Below, piece after piece: positions 17,435 to 26,455 of a stretch of DNA of 32,000 nucleotides (position 1 is its first letter; each line of letters begins with the position of its first letter). The position numbers and the translations under genes were made by a program. Where the stretch lies: assembly GCF_000008565.1 (NCBI RefSeq), contig NC_001263.1, positions 1,629,113 through 1,661,112 of the forward strand, read 5' to 3'. The notes below the pieces were generated by a model, which did no database searches, was not told the DNA's origin, and saw only the letters and a program-made list of their open reading frames with translations. Origin of the DNA: Deinococcus radiodurans R1 = ATCC 13939 = DSM 20539 (GTDB lineage Bacteria; Deinococcota; Deinococci; Deinococcales; Deinococcaceae).

Positions 17435-18880
17435 ATGACGTTGCCGCTGCCCGACCCCATTCTCGACCTCGACGTGTGCGCCCTGGCCGGCGCAACCCGG
17501 CGCGGCGACCTGACCCCGTCCGAGGTGACGCGGACGTATCTGGCCCGCCTCACCGCCATCAATCCGGAGCTCCGGGCCGTCATCACCGTGAACCCAGGCG
17601 CGCAGGCCACCGCCGACGCGCTCGACGACATACCCGAAAAGCAGCGCGGCGTGCTGCACGGGGTGCCGCTGCTCATCAAGGACAACATCGACGTGGCGGG
17701 GCTCCCGACCACGGCGGGCAGCGTGCTGCTGCGGGGGCATGTGCCGGAACGCGACGCCCCGTTGGTGGCGCGGCTGCGGGCGGCGGGCGCGGTCATTCTG
17801 GGCAAAGCGAACATGACCGAGTGGGCCAATTTCATGACGCTGGGGATGCCCAACGGGTACTCGTCGCTCGGCGGGCAGACGGTCAACCCCTGGGGGCCGG
17901 AACGCGACACTGGCGGCAGTTCGTCGGGCAGCGGCGTGGCGGTGGCGGCCCGGCTGTGCGCGGCGGCCATCGGGACCGAGACGAGCGGGTCGGTCGTGAG
18001 CCCGGCGCACCAGAACGGCGTGATCGGCCTCAAGCCCACGCTGGGGCTGATTCCGCGCACCGGCATCATTCCCATCAGCCACAGCCAGGACACCGCCGGG
18101 CCACTGACCCGCAGCGTGCGCGACGCGGCCCTGCTGATGACCGTAATGTCCGGCCCTGACGACGCCGACGCAGCAAGTCAGCTTTTTACACCCGACCTCA
18201 CGGTGAGCGAAAAAGCCCTTTCAGGAACGAAGATTGCCGCCATCCACGACGAGCCGAACGCGAGCGAGGCCGAACGCGCCGTCCTGAAACGCGCCGAGGC
18301 AGCGCTGGCTGCGGCGGGGGCGACGGTGAACGGCACGGCCTTTCCCACCCGCGCCGAACTCAAAGCGGCGGGCTGGCGGCTCGACGTGCTGGTGTACGAG
18401 TTCAAGCCGGACCTGAACGCCTACCTCGCCGGGGTGAAGCAGGGGCCGACCTCGCTGGCCGCCGTCATCGAGGGCAACGACGAGGACCCCGCAGCCCGGT
18501 TGCGCTACGGGCAACACCTGATGCTGGCGGCGCAGGCGACCCGGGGCGACCTCTCGGAAGGGGCGTATGCCCGCGCCCGCGAGCGCGACCTGCGGCTGGC
18601 GCGCACGCAGGGGTTCGACGCTCTGTTTGCCCAGGGGCACGGCGCCGTGCTGTTTCCCGGCATTCACGGCTGCGACCTCGCGGCAGCGGCGGGGTATCCC
18701 AGCCTCGCGCTGCCGGTGCCGCTTGGAGACGGCGCAAACGGAGAGGCCCCGCATGGGCAGCCGAGCGGCGTACTCCTCGTCGGTCCGGCAGGCAGCGACG
18801 GGCGGCTGCTGAGCATCGGCGCGGAACTCAACCGGGCGCTCGGCGGCGTCCGCTTTCCTCCGGAGCGTCTGCCGGAGTAA
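17435..18880 (+). CDS. amidase-signature family protein
   Basis: 481 aa from the internal [18 protein letters not shown] and [27 protein letters not shown] signature. TACACT box 7 nt upstream of the ATG. Confidence 0.85.
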   Translation: MTLPLPDPILDLDVCALAGATRRGDLTPSEVTRTYLARLTAINPELRAVITVNPGAQATADALDDIPEKQRGVLHGVPLLIKDNIDVAGLPTTAGSVLLRGHVPERDAPLVARLRAAGAVILGKANMTEWANFMTLGMPNGYSSLGGQTVNPWGPERDTGGSSSGSGVAVAARLCAAAIGTETSGSVVSPAHQNGVIGLKPTLGLIPRTGIIPISHSQDTAGPLTRSVRDAALLMTVMSGPDDADAASQLFTPDLTVSEKALSGTKIAAIHDEPNASEAERAVLKRAEAALAAAGATVNGTAFPTRAELKAAGWRLDVLVYEFKPDLNAYLAGVKQGPTSLAAVIEGNDEDPAARLRYGQHLMLAAQATRGDLSEGAYARARERDLRLARTQGFDALFAQGHGAVLFPGIHGCDLAAAAGYPSLALPVPLGDGANGEAPHGQPSGVLLVGPAGSDGRLLSIGAELNRALGGVRFPPERLPE

Positions 18881-18928
18881 GCGTCCGGGCGGCGCTCCCC
18901 GGCGCCCGTGCGCCTTACAATCCTGGGC

Positions 18929-19984
18929 ATGACCGCGCACGACAGCCGCCCCGAGCAGGCCAAGAAGCTGGCCGACATCGACTGGAGCACCCTCGGTTTT
19001 TCTTACATCCGTACCGACCTGCGCTACCTCGCGCACTGGAAAGACGGCGAGTGGGACGCGGGCACGCTCACCGAGGACAACCAGATTCATCTGGCGGAAG
19101 GCTCGACGGCGCTGCACTACGGCCAGCAGTGCTTCGAGGGGCTCAAGGCGTACCGCTGCGCCGACGGCAGCATCAACCTCTTTCGCCCCGACCAGAACGC
19201 GGCCCGGATGCGGATGAGCTGCCGCCGCCTGCTGATGCCCGAACTCAGCGACGAGCAGTTCATCGACGCCTGCTTGCAAGTCGTGCGCGCCAACGAGCAT
19301 TTTTTGCCGCCCTACGGCACGGGCGGAAGCCTCTACCTGCGCCCCTTCGTCATCGGCGTGGGCGACAACATCGGCGTGCGAACGGCGCCCGAGTTCATTT
19401 TCAGCGTCTTTTGCGTGCCGGTCGGCCCCTACTTCAAGGGCGGGCTGACCCCCACCAACTTCATCACCTCGGACTATGACCGCGCCGCGCCGCACGGCAC
19501 CGGGGCGGCGAAGGTGGGCGGCAACTACGCCGCGAGCCTGCTGCCCGGCTACGAGGCCAAAAAGCGCGACTTTGCCGACGTGATTTATCTCGACCCCGCC
19601 ACCCACACCACAATCGAGGAGGCGGGCGCGGCCAACTTCTTCGCCATCACCCAGGACGGCCAGAAGTTCGTGACGCCGCAGTCGCCGTCCATTCTGCCGA
19701 GCATCACCAAGTACAGCCTGCTGTGGCTCGCCGAGCACCGGCTCGGGCTGGAAGTCGAGGAAGGCGACATTCGCATCGACGAGCTGGGCAAGTTCAGCGA
19801 GGCGGGCGCGTGCGGCACGGCGGCGGTCATCACGCCCATCGGCGGCATTCAGCACGGCGACGACTTTCACGTCTTTTATTCCGAAAGCGAGCCGGGGCCG
19901 GTCACGCGCCGCCTGTACGACGAACTGGTCGGCATTCAGTACGGGGATAAGGAAGCGCCGGAAGGCTGGATTGTGAAGGTGTAG
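18929..19984 (+). CDS. ilvE: branched-chain amino acid aminotransferase
   Basis: [35 protein letters not shown] and EEAGAANFF class-IV aminotransferase motifs. TACAAT box 7 nt upstream of the ATG. Confidence 0.9.
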   Translation: MTAHDSRPEQAKKLADIDWSTLGFSYIRTDLRYLAHWKDGEWDAGTLTEDNQIHLAEGSTALHYGQQCFEGLKAYRCADGSINLFRPDQNAARMRMSCRRLLMPELSDEQFIDACLQVVRANEHFLPPYGTGGSLYLRPFVIGVGDNIGVRTAPEFIFSVFCVPVGPYFKGGLTPTNFITSDYDRAAPHGTGAAKVGGNYAASLLPGYEAKKRDFADVIYLDPATHTTIEEAGAANFFAITQDGQKFVTPQSPSILPSITKYSLLWLAEHRLGLEVEEGDIRIDELGKFSEAGACGTAAVITPIGGIQHGDDFHVFYSESEPGPVTRRLYDELVGIQYGDKEAPEGWIVKV

Positions 19985-20087
19985 AGCATTTGACAGGAAA
20001 AGACACCCTCACCCCTCGCTGCGCGAGGCCCTCTCCCATCAAGGTAGAGGGTCAAAGACGGACCAGATCACTCTGTCAAATGCTCTA
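19982..20087. repeat. 106-bp MITE-like small non-coding repeat with 15-bp perfect terminal inverted repeats
   Basis: tagagcatttgacag (19982-19996) is the exact reverse complement of ctgtcaaatgctcta (20073-20087). An internal ccctct...agaggg hairpin is present. It resembles the SNR elements described for D. radiodurans (recollection). Confidence 0.7.
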
Positions 20088-20174
20088 AACGGGAAACGAA
20101 GTGCGGGCGGGTGCAGCAGCTCTCGCCCCTTTCTTTTCCTGCTGTGCCCCCGGTCATTGGCTATGCTGGAGGTC

Positions 20175-21989
20175 ATGACGACAATCAAGACGTTGCCGAA
20201 GCGGGCCGAGGTGCCCCGCGAGCAGACCTGGGACATCGAAGCGCTGTACGCCACCCCCGCCGCCTGGGAAGCCGAGGCGGATGCGCTGAGCACCGACATT
20301 GCCGGGCTGGGCGCCTCCGCCGGAACACTCGGCGAGTCGCCGGAGGGGCTGCTCGCGTACCTGAAGGCCGCCGACGACCTCGAGCAACGTCTGACCCGTT
20401 TCATGTCCTACGCCGGCATGAGCGCCAGCGTGGACGGGCGCGACGCGGTGGCCGCAGCGCGGCGTGACCGGGCGAGCGGCATCGGGGCGCAGTACGGCAG
20501 CGCGGCGGCGTTTGCCCTGCCCGAACTGCTGGAGTTGGACGAGGCGCAGTTGCGCGGCTGGCTGGAGCGCGAGGACTTTGCCGATTTCCGCATCGCGCTC
20601 GAGCGGCTGCTGCGCGACAAGCCGCATGTGCGCTCGGCGGAAGTGGAGGAATTGCTCGGCGCGGTGCAGGCACCTTTTGCTTCCGAGCGCGGCATTCACC
20701 CGGCGCTGGCGAACATGGACCTCGATTTTGGGAGCGCGGGTGGTCAGAAAATCACCCAGGGCAACGTGGACCGCCTAACCTCCGACCCCGACCGCGAGAT
20801 TCGCCGTGAAGCGTGGGAACACTACGCCGACGCGCACCTCGCCGCCAAGCACTCGCAGGCCGCCATGTACGCGACCAACGTGCGCCAGAACGTCTTTCTC
20901 GCCCGCGCCCGCCGCTACCCCGACGCGATTACGGCGAGCCTGTCGCCCGACAACATCCCCACCGAAGTCGTGACCACGCTGCTGGACACCTACCGCGCCA
21001 ACACCCCCATCTGGCACCGCTACTGGAAGGTGCGGCGCGACTGGCTGGGCCTCAGTGAGCTGCGCGAGTACGACGTGAAAGCCTCGCTGGTGCCGCCGCG
21101 TGAAGTGAGCTACGCGCAGGCGGTGGAGTGGATTGCCGAGGGGATGGCGCCGCTGGGCGAGGAGTACGTAAACGACCTGCGCTTCGGCCTGACCGAGGAC
21201 CGCTGGGTGGACTACGCCGAGAACGACGGCAAACGCCAGGGCGCCTACTCTAACGGCGGCGGGCGGGTCAAACCCTACATTTTCATGACGTGGAACGGCA
21301 CGGTGGGCAGCTACTCCACCCTCGCCCACGAAATCGGGCACTCCATGCACTCGCTGCTCGCCAGCCGCGAACACGCCCCGTCGGTGCCGCGCTACACGCT
21401 GTTTCACGCCGAAGTCGCCTCCAACTTCAACCAGGCGATGAGCCGCAAGAACCTGCTGGCAAAGGCGCGGGCGGCGGGCGACACCGAGATGGAAGTGGCA
21501 ATCATCGAAGAAGCGCTGAGCAACTTCCACCGCTACTTTTTCATCATGCCGACGCTGGCGGCCTTTGAGCTGGAAAGCTACCGGCGCATTGAAGCGGGGG
21601 GCACGCTGAGCGCCCCCGACCTCATTGACCTGACCGCCGACCTGCTGGGGCAGGGCTACGGCGACGGCGTGACGATGGACCGGGGGCGCAGCGGCAGCCT
21701 GTGGATGCAGTTCTCGACCCACCTCTACGCCAACTTCTACGCCTACCAGTACGCCACCGGCATCAGCGCGGCGCACCAGCTCTTAGAGAAATTCGACGCC
21801 GACCCGGAAGGCGCCCGCGAGAGCTACCTGCGCTATCTCAAGTCCGGCGGCAGCCTCGACCCCATTGACGCCCTGCGCGAGGCGGGCGTGGACATGCTCT
21901 CGCCCGAGCCGGTGCAGGCGACTTTCCGCACGCTCGAAGGCTATGTGGCGCGGCTGGAAGAGTTGCTGGCAGCGCGACAGGCGAACTGA
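20175..21989 (+). CDS. pepF: oligoendopeptidase F (M3B family)
   Basis: HEIGHSMHS zinc motif and overall M3B layout. Start chosen at ATG 20175 (TATGCT box 7 nt upstream). ATG 20163 and TTG 20157 are alternatives. Confidence 0.9.
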   Translation: MTTIKTLPKRAEVPREQTWDIEALYATPAAWEAEADALSTDIAGLGASAGTLGESPEGLLAYLKAADDLEQRLTRFMSYAGMSASVDGRDAVAAARRDRASGIGAQYGSAAAFALPELLELDEAQLRGWLEREDFADFRIALERLLRDKPHVRSAEVEELLGAVQAPFASERGIHPALANMDLDFGSAGGQKITQGNVDRLTSDPDREIRREAWEHYADAHLAAKHSQAAMYATNVRQNVFLARARRYPDAITASLSPDNIPTEVVTTLLDTYRANTPIWHRYWKVRRDWLGLSELREYDVKASLVPPREVSYAQAVEWIAEGMAPLGEEYVNDLRFGLTEDRWVDYAENDGKRQGAYSNGGGRVKPYIFMTWNGTVGSYSTLAHEIGHSMHSLLASREHAPSVPRYTLFHAEVASNFNQAMSRKNLLAKARAAGDTEMEVAIIEEALSNFHRYFFIMPTLAAFELESYRRIEAGGTLSAPDLIDLTADLLGQGYGDGVTMDRGRSGSLWMQFSTHLYANFYAYQYATGISAAHQLLEKFDADPEGARESYLRYLKSGGSLDPIDALREAGVDMLSPEPVQATFRTLEGYVARLEELLAARQAN

Positions 21990-22000
21990 GAATCACACTG

Positions 22001-22038
22001 AAAAACCAGCCTCCCCGACGCATGGGAGGCTGGTTTTT
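22001..22038. terminator. bidirectional rho-independent terminator
   Basis: aaaaa ccagcctccc cgacgcat gggaggctgg ttttt. It lies between convergent pepF and the MerR-family gene. Confidence 0.8.
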
Positions 22039-22050
22039 CACTGTTTGTTT

Positions 22051-22832
22051 TTACTGCTTCCCCGCCCACGCCTGCACCACTGCGAACTCGTAAGCGGCCA
22101 GGCCGGGGCGAATTCGGTCGATATTGGCCGTAAAGCGCGGGTCGTCCACCCAGTGGTGCGAGACCATCCGCAGCATGTCGGGCGAGCAGTCGTAGAACCA
22201 CCGGTTGAAGTAAGCGCGCTGGGCCTCGGCGACGGCAGCGGCTTCGGGGCTGTCGGCGGAGGTGCCCGCATCCAGCAGCGCAGCTAGCGGGCGTGCAGCT
22301 CGGCGCCCTCGGCGTTCATGCGCTCGCGGTCGGCGGGGGTGTAACGGGCCATCCGCTCGGCGCTCTGGCGGTAGGCGTCCGTGTCGCCCCAGCGCTCCTT
22401 GACCTCGGCGTCGTACTCGGTCGGGTCGAACTGCTCGAACATCTGCTGAATTTTTTCCTTCGTCATAACGTCTCCTTCGCCGCGCTCGGCGGCACCTAGC
22501 AGGGAGGTGACGGTGTCGAGCTGCGCCTGCGTGCGGGCGAGTTGCTCACGCAGCAGTGCCGCTTGCAGCCCCAGGGCCTCGCGTTCCGCTTCCGGGGAGG
22601 ACCCGAGCAGCTTGCCGATGTCAGCCAGCGAAAACCCCAGTTCCCGAAAGGTCAGGATGCGCCAGAGCCGCGCTACGTCGGCGGGCGTGTAGAGCCGGTA
22701 GCCCGCCTCACTACGGGCCGAGGGACTCAGCAGGCCCACGGCGTCGTAATGGTGCAGCGTCCGTACGCTGACCCGCGTCAGCTCGGCGACCTCGCCCACG
22801 GTCCAGGGGTCTGAATCTTGGCCCTGTGACAT
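22051..22832 (-). pseudogene. TipAL/Mta-like MerR-family regulator (MerR HTH + TipAS domain), frame broken by an apparent 1-nt deletion at about 22287
   Basis: ORF 22284..22841 gives the MerR HTH (WTVGEVAELTRVSVRTLHHYD) and the first half of TipAS (ERWGDTDAYRQS...AELHAR*). A second frame, 22051..22287, continues LAALLDAGTSADSPEA...FYDCSPDM...DDPRFTANIDRIRPGLAAYEF...*. It is colinear with TipA as I recall it. ATG 22832 lies 8 nt after GGAGG. Confidence 0.8.
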
Positions 22833-22853
22833 CTCGTTCACCTCCTGTCCCCG

Positions 22854-22884
22854 AGCTTGAGGCCTGACGCGGCGTGAGGGTCAA
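22854..22884 (-). promoter_or_regulatory. candidate MerR-type promoter/operator (TTGACC - 19 bp - CAAGCT with internal dyad)
   Basis: Minus strand reads TTGACC CTCACGCCGCGTCAGGCCT CAAGCT. The 19-bp spacer and the CCTCACG/CGTCAGG imperfect dyad resemble the tipA promoter architecture (recollection). Confidence 0.4.
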
Positions 22885-22989
22885 CCCCCCGACCCGCTTC
22901 TGAGCGAGCTCCGTGTGCCGCGAAGGTTCAGACAGGCCAACGCCCGGCTGACGATTCTGTCAGGGGGCATCCCGTATCTTACGAACACG

Positions 22990-25287
22990 ATGACGCTGCC
23001 CGACCGGTTCCAGCAGGCTGACGCGGTCCCTGACGACTTGCAGCAGCTGGAAGCCCGGCTCGCCGAGGCCGAGGACATCCTGCTGCGCGACTCGCCACAG
23101 GCCGAAGCGACGGCACGTGAGGTGCTCGCCGGGGCCACCGCAGCCGGCTGCCAGTCACTGGCTCTGCGCTCCCGGACAGTGCTGGGCCGCAGCCTGGCGC
23201 ACCAGAAGCGCAACGAGCAGGCGACCGAACTGCTGGAAAGCGTGGTGGCCGAGTCCCGAAGCGCAAAAATGCCCGAGCTGCTGGTGCACGCCTGGTTGGG
23301 CCTGGGCTTGGCGCATCTCAACGAGCGGCGGATGGCGCGGGGGCTCCAGGCCTACCTCGAAGCTCTGAAAATCTGCGAGTCACTCAATGCTCCCGAGCTG
23401 TCTCTGCGCGTGCTGACCAACCTTGCGAGCGCCTACGCCAAACTCGAGCAGTACGACACGGCTCAGCCCTACCTGACCGAGGCCCACGACACTGCGCGGC
23501 AGCTTGGACAGCCGTTCGATCTGATGATCACCTCGCTCAACCTCGCCTGCGTTTGCCAGTTGAGCGGTGGGACGGGGGCGGCCTTGACCCTCATTGAGGA
23601 AGCGCTGCGCCACGCCAAGACGGTTGCCTCGCCCCGCTACCTGAAGAGCGTCCTGTTTCATTTCTCCCAGTTGCTGCTCGACCTCGACCGCCTGTCAGAG
23701 GCACTGACGTACTGCGAACAGGGGCTGAATACCGACAGTGGCTTCGGCACCGCGACGCCGCAGTGCGAGTTGCAAGTCACGCACGGCGAAATCCTCTATG
23801 GCCTGGGGCGGCCCGCCGAGGCACGACCCGCGCTGGAGGCGGGACTGCGAGCCGCCCAGGATCTGCGCCTGAACGACGCGGAAGGGCGCGCCCGGCGCTG
23901 CTATGCCCAGTTATTAGAAGATCAGGACGACTACCAGGGGGCGCTGGCACAGGTCCGTGCGCTCGCGCAGCTCGAACATGACCTGCGCGAGCAACTGGCG
24001 GCGGTCAACCTGCAACTGGAGGCCGAGCGCCTACGCAGCGAGACGCTGGCCGAAAAGCGCCGCCTGAAGGAAGAAGGCCGGACTCAGCAACGCCTGGCCG
24101 CGCAGCTCCGGCACGACGCGCTGACCGGGCTGCCCAACCGGCTGGCGCTGCACGAAGCGCTGGGCCAGCAGGTCGCCGCAGACAGCGCTCCTTTTGCCCT
24201 GCTGTGCCTCGACCTCGACCATTTCAAGACGGTCAACCACACCCTGGGGCAGCCGGCGGGCGACGCCCTGCTGCTCTATATCGGCGAGCGCGTGCAGGCC
24301 GCTGTCGGCGAGCAGGGGCAGACTTTCCGACGTGGGGGCAACGAGTTCGTGGTGCTGCTGCCGGCGGTCAGAGCCGCCCCAGACGCCCTGACCATTGCCC
24401 AGACCTTGCTCGACACCATCAACGAACCGCTGCTGCTCGATGGGCAAGCGCTGGTCGTCACAGCTTCCATCGGCCTGGCGCTGTTTCCCGAGGATGGCCG
24501 GGACAGCCTGACCCTGCAAAAGAATGCCGACCTCGCCCTGCACGCCGCCAAACAGGAGGGCGGGCAGGCCCAGCGCTACCGCAACGCCCTGAGTCAGGCG
24601 GCCAACGAGCGGCTGGAACTGACGCAGGCCCTGCGCAGCGGCATCGGCAACGGTGAACTGGTTTTGCACTACCAGCCCATCGTGGAGGTGAGGAGCGGCA
24701 AGACCGTGGCCGTCGAGGCGCTCGTGCGCTGGCAGCATCCCCGGCTGGGGCTGTTGTCGCCTGACCGCTTTATCGGACTCGCCGAGGACAACGGCCTGAT
24801 CGTGCCGCTGGGCCGCTGGGTGCTGAACACGGCCCTGCGGCAGCTCGCCGCGTGGCGCGAGCACTGGCCGGAGCTGCGGGTCAGCGTCAATATGGCCCCC
24901 CGGCAACTGCAACAGCCCGGCAGCTGTCAAGAAATCCGCGACGCCCTGCGGGCCTACGCCTTGCCTCCCGACGCGCTGGAACTCGAAATCACCGAGCAGA
25001 CCATCTGCGACGAGGAGGCCCTCGAACCCTTCTTGCCGCTGATCCGCGAGGGCCTAAGACTCGCCATTGACGACTTCGGCACCGGCTATTCCAGCCTCAG
25101 CCGCCTCTACCGCCTACCGGCGCAGATTCTCAAACTCGACCGCTCGCTGATTCAGGACCTCAGCGCCGACAATGCCACCGATGGCCCGCTGGTGTCGGCG
25201 CTGATCGCTTTTGCCCAGCGCTTCGGGATGCAAGTAACCGCCGAGGGCATTGAAACCGCCGAGCAATTGCACCTGCTGCGGCAGTGA
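22990..25287 (+). CDS. TPR - GGDEF(degenerate GGNEF) - EAL signalling protein, terminated by an in-frame TGA inside the EAL domain
   Basis: TPR-like N-terminus. GGDEF domain (HDALTGLPNR...FRRGGNEFVVLL). EAL domain (VEALVRW, ELEITE, IDDFGTGYSS, KLDRS, AEGIET). The same frame after TGA 25285 reads KCDLLQGYHFSRPL... up to TAA 25396. The start could be GTG 22915. Confidence 0.85.
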   Translation: MTLPDRFQQADAVPDDLQQLEARLAEAEDILLRDSPQAEATAREVLAGATAAGCQSLALRSRTVLGRSLAHQKRNEQATELLESVVAESRSAKMPELLVHAWLGLGLAHLNERRMARGLQAYLEALKICESLNAPELSLRVLTNLASAYAKLEQYDTAQPYLTEAHDTARQLGQPFDLMITSLNLACVCQLSGGTGAALTLIEEALRHAKTVASPRYLKSVLFHFSQLLLDLDRLSEALTYCEQGLNTDSGFGTATPQCELQVTHGEILYGLGRPAEARPALEAGLRAAQDLRLNDAEGRARRCYAQLLEDQDDYQGALAQVRALAQLEHDLREQLAAVNLQLEAERLRSETLAEKRRLKEEGRTQQRLAAQLRHDALTGLPNRLALHEALGQQVAADSAPFALLCLDLDHFKTVNHTLGQPAGDALLLYIGERVQAAVGEQGQTFRRGGNEFVVLLPAVRAAPDALTIAQTLLDTINEPLLLDGQALVVTASIGLALFPEDGRDSLTLQKNADLALHAAKQEGGQAQRYRNALSQAANERLELTQALRSGIGNGELVLHYQPIVEVRSGKTVAVEALVRWQHPRLGLLSPDRFIGLAEDNGLIVPLGRWVLNTALRQLAAWREHWPELRVSVNMAPRQLQQPGSCQEIRDALRAYALPPDALELEITEQTICDEEALEPFLPLIREGLRLAIDDFGTGYSSLSRLYRLPAQILKLDRSLIQDLSADNATDGPLVSALIAFAQRFGMQVTAEGIETAEQLHLLRQ

Positions 25288-25409
25288 AAGTGCGACCTGT
25301 TGCAGGGCTACCACTTTTCCAGACCGCTCGACGTGCCGAGCCTGGAGGCTTATCTGCGCGCGCAGAGGTCGCCAGAGCAGCCCTCAGCCCGCGCTTAAGC
25401 TCAGCAGGC

Positions 25410-26186
25410 TCAGCCCTGCAAGCTCCGGGCCAGCCACAGCCCCAGCGGCGCGAGCAGCAGCGCGGGCATCATGCTGCCGACGCGCACGCGCTTGTCGTCC
25501 ATGCCCAGGCCGCCCAGCATCAGGTTCCAGCTGATGCCGACAATCATCAGGCCGCCCACGCCGGTAATCAGCAGGACGTAGGGATTGGTGCGGAGAATTT
25601 CGGGGTCGGCCCCGCCGAGCAGCCCGGCGGCAAAACTGCCCGCCGCAAGGCTGATGCCGCCCTGCACCAGCAGGATGGTGAGCGTGCTGAAGCCCACGCC
25701 TATCCCGTAGGCTCCTGCCAGCGCGAGCGCGGCAATGCCGTCGAGGGTGCTTTTCAGGACGTAGGTGGAGCTGTCGCCGGTCAGCCCGTTTTGCAGCCCG
25801 CCGATGACCGTCATTGGGCCAATGCAAAACAGCAGGCTCGCCGCGACGAAGCCCTCGGTGAAAAGGCCGCCGCCCCGAAAGCGCCGCTTGAGGCTGTCGC
25901 CCAGCCGGTTCAGTCCTTCTTCAATGCCCAGCGCTTCACCGACCACCACGCCCGCTGCCAGCGTAATCAGCGCGAGGATGACGCCCGGTACCTGCCCGCC
26001 GCTGACCTTGTTGAGGCTGCCCGCCATGTCGAGCGCGATAAACAGCGTGACCAGACTGAGAGTTTGCAGCAGCGTGCGCTGGGTGCGCTCCGGCAGCCGC
26101 CCGCCCACGGTCAGCCCGATGAGGGTGCCGAGGAGAACGGCGGCGATATTGATGAACGTGCCGGACAGTTGCGAAAACAGACCCAT
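25410..26186 (-). CDS. DUF554 (YqgA/YdfK-like) family membrane protein
   Basis: Polytopic membrane protein starting MGLFSQLSGTFINIAAVLLGTLIG... with LFCIGPMTVIGGLQNGLTGD, typical of DUF554. The longer ORF start at 26267 is Arg/Pro-rich and unlikely. Confidence 0.75.
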   Translation of the reverse strand: MGLFSQLSGTFINIAAVLLGTLIGLTVGGRLPERTQRTLLQTLSLVTLFIALDMAGSLNKVSGGQVPGVILALITLAAGVVVGEALGIEEGLNRLGDSLKRRFRGGGLFTEGFVAASLLFCIGPMTVIGGLQNGLTGDSSTYVLKSTLDGIAALALAGAYGIGVGFSTLTILLVQGGISLAAGSFAAGLLGGADPEILRTNPYVLLITGVGGLMIVGISWNLMLGGLGMDDKRVRVGSMMPALLLAPLGLWLARSLQG

Positions 26187-26252
26187 GTGTGAGCGGACTG
26201 TAGCGCGGCCCGGAGGCGAGCGGCGCGGGCGGGATACACAGCCGGGCACAAG

Positions 26253-26278
26253 AAAAACCCCCGTCACCGGGACGGGGG
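26253..26278 (-). terminator. rho-independent terminator downstream of the tRNA
   Basis: Minus strand reads cccccgtc ccggt gacggggg ttttt, starting 5 nt after the tRNA 3' end. Confidence 0.75.
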
Positions 26279-26282
26279 ATGT

Positions 26283-26361
<79 letters not shown>

Positions 26362-26418
26362 ACCTTCTCTGCTCTTTTTCTTGCTTCTGCGCTCAGGGGC
26401 TTCCTTTCGCGCTCAAAG

Positions 26419-26447
26419 AGAATAGGTCGGAGGGGCGTTTTTGTCAA
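26419..26447 (-). promoter_or_regulatory. near-consensus sigma-70-type promoter for the tRNA (TTGACA-17-TATTCT)
   Basis: Minus strand has TTGACA (26447..26442), a 17-nt spacer and TATTCT (26424..26419), about 55-60 nt upstream of the mature tRNA 5' end. Confidence 0.65.
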
Positions 26448-26455
26448 GCGCGGCG

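Noticed and set aside
18221-19870. 549-aa minus-strand ORF. Similar long ORFs occur at 3334..4518, 5700..6644, 14148..15353, 20775..21776, 24031..24930, 27923..29188 and 29802..31178.
   Set aside because: All lie antisense or out of frame to genes with clear family motifs. Their Arg/Ala/Gly/Pro-rich, low-complexity translations are typical of stop-free alternative frames in high-GC DNA.
25285-25287. TGA as a selenocysteine codon in the EAL domain.
   Set aside because: The position aligns with a hydrophobic residue, not a catalytic Cys. I see no convincing SECIS-like hairpin just downstream, and Sec usage is not expected in this lineage.
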